The notes beneath the pieces are model-generated. The model was given only the letters and a program-made list of their open reading frames with translations, was not told where the DNA came from and ran no database searches. A stretch of 20,000 nucleotides of DNA, taken from the IMG/VR virus record IMGVR_UViG_3300037067_000914; one strand, written 5' to 3'. Source of the DNA: an uncultured virus (IMG/VR IMGVR_UViG_3300037067_000914). Its lineage: Duplodnaviria > Heunggongvirae > Uroviricota > Caudoviricetes. Shown here one piece after another: positions 1 through 5,885 of the stretch (position 1 is the stretch's first letter; each line of letters begins with the position of its first letter). The translations under genes and the position numbers were made by a program.

Positions 1-72
1 TGTGGGGACTTCGTACAAAAGGACACTATCACGTGGAACCCAGAGACACACGAATGGGATTTAAACCAATAA
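1..72 (+). CDS. 3' end of hypothetical protein (partial)
   Basis: Open frame CGDFVQKDTITWNPETHEWDLNQ ending TAA at 70-72, followed by GGAG and the next start. Confidence 0.5.
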   Translation, partial: CGDFVQKDTITWNPETHEWDLNQ

Positions 73-82
73 TACTGGAGTA

Positions 83-322
83 ATGCTAATGTCTGTCACG
101 GACATGGTATTCTGTAAATACTGTAAGTACCTGGGAGAAGATGACCACAGGGATATAAAGTGTCACTACGTTAATAATAGGCAAAGCAACCCAAGAGCGT
201 GGTACAGCATTGAGGATTATAATAAATTAGTACCTGGTGATCCTGCGGTATTAAATAGGAACAATAACTGCTTTTTCTTCAAGGAACGTGAAAGTGTAAT
301 TTTCTTTAGGAACCTTAAGTAA
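83..322 (+). CDS. small Cys-rich hypothetical phage protein
   Basis: 79-aa ORF; CKYC...C...C pattern; GGAG upstream; fits gene packing. Confidence 0.65.
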   Translation: MLMSVTDMVFCKYCKYLGEDDHRDIKCHYVNNRQSNPRAWYSIEDYNKLVPGDPAVLNRNNNCFFFKERESVIFFRNLK

Positions 323-333
323 CGGAGTATCAA

Positions 334-591
334 ATGTCACTAATGGATCAGTACAATGACCAGATGATAGAGGAATTAGAGGATGAGCTTATTTCTCTGT
401 CTGGTTTTGGGTCATTCAGGATAGAAGCGCAAAAGGCGAAGAGTCCCCGTGACTTCATGAATCTGGTACGGGTTGCTTCAAAAGCTGAGGGGTTGTGTAA
501 GGACGTCATGTTCAAGATACTCCAGTCAGCACACAGTAAGTTGGAAGATGGAGAGGAACCTACTGTACTGGAACCTGTTACCAGAGGATAA
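334..591 (+). CDS. hypothetical protein
   Basis: 85-aa ORF; GGAG SD; stop overlaps next ATG. Confidence 0.7.
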   Translation: MSLMDQYNDQMIEELEDELISLSGFGSFRIEAQKAKSPRDFMNLVRVASKAEGLCKDVMFKILQSAHSKLEDGEEPTVLEPVTRG

Positions 592-890
592 TGCACATGA
601 AGTTTCAGATAGCAACAAAACTTGATGAGCGTGAGGATATTGGCATTACTCCAGAAATGGAGGACATGACAGGTGCTATATTTGACTTCACTGATACCAG
701 CGGGAGTCAAAGGCCACACATTCAGAAAAGCGAACCGAGTTTCATATACATGAATCACTGGTTCTGGCATCCTGATTGGCTTATACCACTGGACGAAGAG
801 GCAATTGAGTTACATAATACAAGCTGTAACATATTGGGCATTAAGAGTAAATACTTCAACAGACAACTGGACTTGTTTAATGGCGACTGA
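591..890 (+). CDS. hypothetical protein with C-terminal QLDLF (beta-clamp-binding-like) motif
   Basis: 99 aa ending RQLDLFNGD; GAGG SD. Confidence 0.75.
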   Translation: MHMKFQIATKLDEREDIGITPEMEDMTGAIFDFTDTSGSQRPHIQKSEPSFIYMNHWFWHPDWLIPLDEEAIELHNTSCNILGIKSKYFNRQLDLFNGD

Positions 891-1089
891 CTATAGAATA
901 CCTGATGGTTATACAACGGCAGGTATTGGTGATATAATCACCAGAGACTTCTTAGTAAAGGTAAGAATTGGCCCTGATACTTGGAGGAAGAGTAGTAAAC
1001 CAGGAAGTCCAGTAACGGAATACGCTTATGGTAGGCTAATTTACATAAAGCCTGTAACAGCTGGTCAATTAGACCTGTTTCATAAGTAA
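880..1089 (+). CDS. hypothetical protein with C-terminal QLDLF motif
   Basis: Likely start ATG 880 (MATDYRIPDG...), overlapping previous gene end; ends GQLDLFHK. Confidence 0.7.
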   Translation: MATDYRIPDGYTTAGIGDIITRDFLVKVRIGPDTWRKSSKPGSPVTEYAYGRLIYIKPVTAGQLDLFHK

Positions 1090-1151
1090 GCGTACTAAGG
1101 GGGAGCAGGGAATTGGTGGGTGGAAACCGCTAAGGCCAAGGAGATAGGCAA

Positions 1152-1271
1152 ATGAGACAAGTGCCGATACCGCAGACAAAGCGACCAAAGGTATGGGGAA
1201 TGCTCATAGCACTCGCCGTACTGCTCACCCTGATCAAGTACATTCAGTCACTGGATAAACTCGTGAGGTAA
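1152..1271 (+). CDS. small single-TM membrane peptide (39 aa)
   Basis: MRQVPIPQTKRPKVWGMLIALAVLLTLIKYIQSLDKLVR; AAGGAG SD at 1138-1143; below ORF-track cutoff. Confidence 0.55.
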   Translation: MRQVPIPQTKRPKVWGMLIALAVLLTLIKYIQSLDKLVR

Positions 1272-1274
1272 TGT

Positions 1275-1415
1275 ATGAGTGATACTTATCACTACGACAA
1301 GAAGGAACAGCACGAGAACCCCAAGAAGGTTAACAAGGGGTTCCGTCACGAATGCAAGTGCAAAAGAGAAGTCAAGTGTGTGAATTGTGTAAGTGAAAAA
1401 CCCATAGGTAAGTAA
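1275..1415 (+). CDS. small Cys-rich hypothetical protein (46 aa)
   Basis: MSDTYHYDKKEQHENPKKVNKGFRHECKCKREVKCVNCVSEKPIGK; GAGGT SD; abuts next ATG. Confidence 0.5.
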   Translation: MSDTYHYDKKEQHENPKKVNKGFRHECKCKREVKCVNCVSEKPIGK

Positions 1416-1697
1416 ATGATACCTGTTGATTCAAGGGTACGATTAATACGCAGGTCTGAACGTGGACCAGAAATACCGGAGGGAAGTACAGGTACGTTAC
1501 TAGTGCACTATAACGCACAAGTAGCAGGAGTGGAGTGGGACCTTCCCGTACCTAACCACGCAGGACATCGACTCTTAATGAATGGCCATATACAAACACG
1601 GCCGGAAAGACCGTGTAAACCTGGACACGGGTATTGGGTCTTCACAAAAGACATTGAGTCAATTAACCAACAGTTAGACCTATTTAACAAGGAGTAA
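1416..1697 (+). CDS. small beta-barrel (SH3/CAP-Gly-like) protein with C-terminal QLDLF motif
   Basis: RVRL...GSTGT...GVEWD...GH...GYWV pattern; similar to 5039-5281; ends QQLDLFNKE. Confidence 0.7.
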   Translation: MIPVDSRVRLIRRSERGPEIPEGSTGTLLVHYNAQVAGVEWDLPVPNHAGHRLLMNGHIQTRPERPCKPGHGYWVFTKDIESINQQLDLFNKE

Positions 1698-1699
1698 TA

Positions 1700-1994
1700 G
1701 CCCACTTCTTCCCTCGTTGTGGAAGGACACATAGCCAAAGGCTCACACTGCCAACCGCCTAGTACCTAATGTCCGAGGTACCTCGGTTGTAGGAAAGAGT
1801 GCTATTCCTATTACCCGAAACTGACGACAGCAGTGAACGGCCAAGCGACAGTAAGTAGCACGTGAGGCTAGTGGTAAGGCGATTCAACGAAGTGCCAATA
1901 ACGTGGATTCCTTCGGGACCTGAAGCGGTACGGCATGGAGTATTCCTTACCGAGGTCATATCCGAGCTTTAAGATGGCCGGGGAAGAGGTGGGT
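1700..1994 (+). ncRNA. candidate ~295-nt structured non-coding RNA
   Basis: No credible + ORF; 13-bp closing stem 1701-1713/1981-1993; nested stems; UUCG tetraloop hairpin; 14-bp palindrome 1773-1786. Confidence 0.6.
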
Positions 1995-2020
1995 ATAGTT
2001 TTAACAATAAAGGATTAAAC

Positions 2021-2212
2021 ATGGGCAGTAAAACTGTAATATGTGATGTGGCTGAGAAATGCAACAATACAGGCTGTGGTCACAGAATCCCACATGAACA
2101 TTGGGGGCCGTGTAACAGTCATTGTAGAACAAGTACAAATGTGGAAAGTTCACGCTGTATACCTTATACAGAACCTAATAGTCAAATGGAGTTGTTCGAT
2201 GAAACCAAATAG
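2021..2212 (+). CDS. small Cys/His-rich protein with C-terminal QMELF motif
   Basis: 63 aa; AAGGA SD; ends SQMELFDETK. Confidence 0.7.
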   Translation: MGSKTVICDVAEKCNNTGCGHRIPHEHWGPCNSHCRTSTNVESSRCIPYTEPNSQMELFDETK

Positions 2213-2516
2213 ATTTAGGTTTAGAGTATGGGGCAAAAGAACCAAAGAACTTGAACTATTGGACGTTGCGTGTTTGTGCTCGTACTTAGACCAGGACGAA
2301 GATTATATTATCATGCAATCCACCGGACTTACCGATAAGAATGGCAAGGAGATATTTGAAGGCGACTTGATAGAAGTCGGATACAGAATGGACTATCTAA
2401 TTACCGTAGAGTGGGAACAAGAGACTGCGAGTTTTAGCGAGTCTGTGTGGCAGTATCCTGATGGAGTTGAAGTAGTTGGTAACATATACGAAAACCCGGA
2501 GTTACTAACCAAATGA
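2199..2516 (+). CDS. YopX-family phage protein
   Basis: FRFRVW, MQSTGLTDKNGKEIFEGDLI and EVVGNIYENPELL signatures; likely start ATG 2199 with GGAG upstream. Confidence 0.9.
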   Translation: MKPNRFRFRVWGKRTKELELLDVACLCSYLDQDEDYIIMQSTGLTDKNGKEIFEGDLIEVGYRMDYLITVEWEQETASFSESVWQYPDGVEVVGNIYENPELLTK

Positions 2517-2740
2517 AACCACGTGTAGGACAACGAGGTGTACTTAGAGGGTACACCACTACGCCAGGTAGCACTCCCATTAACGGCACACCATTCGAAG
2601 TGATTGAAAGTCACGAAAGTACCGTAGGTGCATTCTTTAGAATACGCATAAGTCCCCCGACAATATACGCAGGGGATTACAACGTAACACTGGCTAATGT
2701 TACACTTGAACCAACAGGTCAATTGGACTTGTTTGAATAA
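2513..2740 (+). CDS. hypothetical protein with C-terminal QLDLF motif
   Basis: ATGA-coupled; ends TGQLDLFE. Confidence 0.75.
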   Translation: MKPRVGQRGVLRGYTTTPGSTPINGTPFEVIESHESTVGAFFRIRISPPTIYAGDYNVTLANVTLEPTGQLDLFE

Positions 2741-2757
2741 CCATAAGGTAACATACA

Positions 2758-3009
2758 ATGCGTATTGAAGATGTCAGAGTAGGTCAGATATTGGAGTGGA
2801 CAAAAGGAAGACACACCTCTGATGAGTTTGTTGGGAAAAGGTTTAGAGTGACCAGAATAGAACCACGCACAGCCTCGTTTGGTGACTACAATGTTTACGG
2901 AGTCTTGCTGCAAAATATAGGATATTACAGGGAGGGAGAAGAATACAACTGCGGGTACAAAGATTGCATACCAGTCCCTGAAGTTGGGCAGTTAGACTTA
3001 TTTGAGTAA
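2758..3009 (+). CDS. hypothetical protein (SH3/KOW-like start) with C-terminal QLDLF motif
   Basis: EDVRVGQILEW... ; ends VGQLDLFE; TAAGG SD. Confidence 0.75.
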   Translation: MRIEDVRVGQILEWTKGRHTSDEFVGKRFRVTRIEPRTASFGDYNVYGVLLQNIGYYREGEEYNCGYKDCIPVPEVGQLDLFE

Positions 3010-3031
3010 CAAATTATATACAGGAGTACCC

Positions 3032-3241
3032 ATGCCTCACGTCAGATGTGGACGATGCGATAGACCATGCGACTTGTACTGTATACAAGCAGCACTAGCA
3101 CGATTTATGGAAGAAAACCAGGAAGTATTAGACAAGGCACTACCTGATATGGACAAACCCATAAAGCTTAGTTTTTGTGGGTTTGAGATAATTCTTGACA
3201 CAGACAGTACTTATTGGATAAACGACACGACAGGTGGATGA
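3032..3241 (+). CDS. hypothetical protein
   Basis: ATG 3032 with AGGAG SD (TTG 3002 is an alternative start); CxxCxxxCxxxC cluster. Confidence 0.6.
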   Translation: MPHVRCGRCDRPCDLYCIQAALARFMEENQEVLDKALPDMDKPIKLSFCGFEIILDTDSTYWINDTTGG

Positions 3242-3249
3242 GTAACTAC

Positions 3250-3324
3250 TGCCCCTTAGTTCAATTGGCTGAGAACGTCGGCCCTACATGCCGGATGTTA
3301 TAGGTTCGAGTCCTATAGGGGCAA
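3250..3324 (+). tRNA. tRNA-Val(TAC)-like, atypical (C33, U1-A72, no encoded CCA)
   Basis: Acceptor TGCCCCT/AGGGGCA; D-stem GTTC/GAAC; anticodon stem TCGGC/GCCGG with loop CCTACAT; T-arm ATAGG-TTCGAGT-CCTAT. Confidence 0.75.
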
Positions 3325-3389
3325 CTCAAGGACGTGTACTCTAGTCTTTATTCGTTCATTGAAATCATCACTAATCTAGGAGGCGTCTC

Positions 3390-3788
3390 ATGGAACCTAT
3401 TGTATCCCCGTGGTTTATCTACTGGTTGGGTGTACTGGGAGGATTAGAGGTCTTCCTGCTCGTCCTCTCCGTCGTCACTGCCATCCTTGCGGTAATCTAC
3501 CTTTTATGCAGTGTGGATGACGACACGGACAAGAACAACAGGCACGCGTACGCTAAAAAGAGTAGGGGGTTTCTGATCCTTCTAGCCTTCATAGCCCTTC
3601 TTATGGTGTTAACCCCGTCGAAAGAGACGGTAATCGCCATGTACGCCAGCAGGCACGTCACCAAGAACAGCCTTTCCACAGCGGCGGGAGTTGTATCGAA
3701 GACGGCAGAGGACATCAAGATGGACATAATTGACATTATCAGAGCGTTCACCGAAAAGCCCGACAGTACGAACAACAAGCGTCGTTAA
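3390..3788 (+). CDS. hypothetical membrane protein (2 TM segments)
   Basis: 132 aa; two hydrophobic stretches; AGGAGG SD. Confidence 0.8.
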   Translation: MEPIVSPWFIYWLGVLGGLEVFLLVLSVVTAILAVIYLLCSVDDDTDKNNRHAYAKKSRGFLILLAFIALLMVLTPSKETVIAMYASRHVTKNSLSTAAGVVSKTAEDIKMDIIDIIRAFTEKPDSTNNKRR

Positions 3789-3830
3789 CCAGCGGATGGT
3801 CTCCGTTCAGGTTCGACTCCTGGACGCTGG
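3789..3830 (+). ncRNA. minimal tRNA-like element (acceptor-like stem plus T-arm only)
   Basis: CCAGCG/CGCTGG outer stem enclosing TCAGG-TTCGACT-CCTGG; only ~12 nt replace the D and anticodon arms. Confidence 0.5.
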
Positions 3831-3854
3831 CAACTAATTTGTTAGGAGGTATTT

Positions 3855-4043
3855 GTGAAAGTATTCGAGGTCTCAATAAAGGCAGGCATCGTAGGAATGT
3901 TTCACGAACCACAGAGTAAGTTTCGTGCTAAGTCGGAACAAGAAGCTGTTGATAAGCAGTGGAACAAGTCAGAGGCATTCTACAAAAAGCATGGAATTGA
4001 GAAACATATGCTATTCGCAGAAGAGGTTAAAATAGAAGATTAA
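3855..4043 (+). CDS. hypothetical protein
   Basis: 62 aa; strong AGGAGGT SD before GTG. Confidence 0.7.
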   Translation: MKVFEVSIKAGIVGMFHEPQSKFRAKSEQEAVDKQWNKSEAFYKKHGIEKHMLFAEEVKIED

Positions 4044-4061
4044 CTACTGGTCGAGAGGATT

Positions 4062-4286
4062 ATGGCTACAAAAATGTACCCTATTGGCAGTAAAGGTACA
4101 GTGAATCCAACCACTGTGCCAAATGGCTTATCTGGTAAGCGGTTTGAACTGATAGGCATTGGCGGAGTGCCGCCATTTGTGTACCAAGTCATCATAAAAG
4201 GTTTTCCACATCGTATCAGCGCATGTGCTGAACATCTGATATTTGACAATATCCAAGAGAACACACAACTGGACTTATTCCAATGA
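4062..4286 (+). CDS. hypothetical protein with C-terminal QLDLF motif
   Basis: GAGG SD; ends NTQLDLFQ. Confidence 0.75.
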   Translation: MATKMYPIGSKGTVNPTTVPNGLSGKRFELIGIGGVPPFVYQVIIKGFPHRISACAEHLIFDNIQENTQLDLFQ

Positions 4287-4537
4287 AAGATAAAAGACAC
4301 AGCAAAGCCTATTGGAATGGCCAGTCTGGTAAGAGAGTACTAACCTACCTGTTAGGTGTGGAGTTAAACCGTATAGATGATGTAAAAAGAATCTTCACTT
4401 TTGACAGAGTGTGTAACTGTGAGAGAACCCCAGTACATGGACTAGGATACTTAGACGGAGAAGGAGTAGCAGAATTCATAGACCTGATACACGCTGAACT
4501 GGTGGATGAAGATAGACAATTGGAGTTATTTGAATGA
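4283..4537 (+). CDS. hypothetical protein with C-terminal QLELF motif
   Basis: ATGA-coupled; ends DRQLELFE. Confidence 0.75.
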   Translation: MKDKRHSKAYWNGQSGKRVLTYLLGVELNRIDDVKRIFTFDRVCNCERTPVHGLGYLDGEGVAEFIDLIHAELVDEDRQLELFE

Positions 4538-4761
4538 AAACAGTGGTAGCAGGTAAGACATACAGATGGAGGTATACCCCTTCCCTGGTCAAAGACTTTA
4601 TTGGGCACAAGTGTGTCTCGTTGAGAGGGGGAGACATTTCAGTAGTAGAAGTGCGTCTCTTAGAAAATGTTTTACACTTCCGGGTAGGAGATACTGTATA
4701 CACCAGTACCGATGCCTTAGAAGAATGCGACAATAGCCAACAGCTTGATTTATTTGAATAG
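4534..4761 (+). CDS. hypothetical protein with C-terminal QLDLF motif
   Basis: ATGA-coupled; ends SQQLDLFE. Confidence 0.75.
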   Translation: MKTVVAGKTYRWRYTPSLVKDFIGHKCVSLRGGDISVVEVRLLENVLHFRVGDTVYTSTDALEECDNSQQLDLFE

Positions 4762-4790
4762 GCACAATAATTGCTACAAATCCTGTAACA

Positions 4791-5020
4791 ATGACACCGG
4801 CCCACTACGCTAACACCAGCACATCCTGGTGTGCCTGACACGATCAGGTTAAACGCTTAGAAATGGGGGTGTCGTAATAGGCCAAAGAGCAACCAGCTTT
4901 GGCCGTGCTGGACGTACTACGGAGTCGGCGCATTTAAACGGTGGTGGGCGGTTATGGTGGCGCGCCTGGTGTACTCCAACAGAGGCCCTTGGCACTGTGC
5001 TAATAGGCTCCGTACCGTCC
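4791..5020 (+). ncRNA. candidate structured non-coding RNA or leader
   Basis: Non-coding gap with stems 4791-4798/4868-4875, 4813-4819/4826-4832, 4834-4838/4844-4848, 4880-4887/4897-4904, 4918-4926/5006-5014. Confidence 0.5.
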
Positions 5021-5038
5021 TCACTTTAAGGAGGAAAT

Positions 5039-5281
5039 GTGAAGTATAAAAAGGGGGATAGAGTACAGCTGTATAATACGGAACCAGATGGAGGGCCTGC
5101 GCCAAACAGTAGAGGTACAGTAATAGACGACGATGGTGTCTGTGGTGTATATACAGTAGCCTGGGATGGCTTTACACAAGGACATTCTAATGGTCAACAT
5201 AGTGGGTGGAATGTTCATCACAAATACTTTTACCTGATAAAGGGTAACGCACAACAGTTGGAGTTATTTGAGCAACCTTAG
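5039..5281 (+). CDS. small beta-barrel (SH3/CAP-Gly-like) protein with C-terminal QLELF motif
   Basis: KYKKGDRVQL...RGTVI...VAWDG...GH...GWNV; AAGGAGG SD; ends QQLELFEQP. Confidence 0.75.
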   Translation: MKYKKGDRVQLYNTEPDGGPAPNSRGTVIDDDGVCGVYTVAWDGFTQGHSNGQHSGWNVHHKYFYLIKGNAQQLELFEQP

Positions 5282-5334
5282 ACTTCAATACTTGCATATC
5301 ACATAACCATTCACCAAACACAAGGAGGTCAGAA

Positions 5335-5787
5335 ATGACCAAAGAAGCAATGCGTGAACTCGTCCACAAGCAGATCGTGGCGAGAACCCTGACGGCTCGC
5401 ACCGTCTCCCCGAAGGTCCTGTCCATCGAGAAGGCACTGGCTCCGCTGGGCGACGGGTCCTGTCGGAGTGCCGTGGCCGAGGCCATCGGAGCGTCCATTG
5501 GGGAGAAGATCGAGCCCTCCTCCACCGGCTACCGGATGGGCGTGGCCTTCAAGATCAACCCGGAGTGCAAGGATCAGTACCCCGGAGGGACGATGAAGGG
5601 CCAGGTGTACGTGGCCATCGGGGACAACGTGGCGAAGTCCCGGCGTGAAGGGGGCCGTGAGTGGGTCGGCCTTCCGAAGATGGGCGGAACTCAGCACATG
5701 GTTCCGACCGAAGATGAGATCAAGGGCTACACGGACAATATGTCCGATGATGTCCTTTCCTTCTTCCTGCTCGCCCTGGCGGACTGA
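5335..5787 (+). CDS. hypothetical protein (GC3-rich outlier)
   Basis: 150 aa; AAGGAGGT SD; third codon positions mostly G/C, unlike neighbours. Confidence 0.85.
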   Translation: MTKEAMRELVHKQIVARTLTARTVSPKVLSIEKALAPLGDGSCRSAVAEAIGASIGEKIEPSSTGYRMGVAFKINPECKDQYPGGTMKGQVYVAIGDNVAKSRREGGREWVGLPKMGGTQHMVPTEDEIKGYTDNMSDDVLSFFLLALAD

Positions 5788-5797
5788 GCGTGGCAAA

Positions 5798-5873
5798 CAG
5801 GACTTGATTTAGGCCAGTAGTTGAGTCAGGTAACTGACTTAATTACTCCGGGGTTCGACTCCCCGGAGTCTTG
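5798..5873 (+). ncRNA. tRNA-like element resembling a tmRNA tRNA-like domain
   Basis: Acceptor-like AGGACTT/GAGTCTT; stemless loop GATTTAGGCC; 14-bp hairpin with GTAA tetraloop; T-arm CGGGG-TTCGACT-CCCCG. Confidence 0.55.
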
Positions 5874-5885
5874 CTAAGGTACAAA

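Noticed and set aside
1097..1114. AAGGGGGAGCAG(T)GGAATT similarity to 8497-8516
   Set aside because: Only two short, purine-rich copies resembling an SD; insufficient to call a regulatory motif.
1700..1994. RNase P RNA, tmRNA or group I intron identity for the large spacer
   Set aside because: No GAGGAAAGUCC, no tmRNA-type termini or T-loop, no recognisable group I core, and it does not interrupt a gene.
3282..3288. CTA within the tRNA loop read as an amber-suppressor anticodon
   Set aside because: With the TCGGC/GCCGG stem the 7-nt loop centres on TAC; CTA is one base off register.
864..5269. QL[DE]LF-coding stretches as a DNA repeat or simply an SD by-product
   Set aside because: Variation is concentrated at synonymous positions; GGAG occurs only in the QLELF/QMELF copies, and several tagged genes have no closely coupled downstream start.
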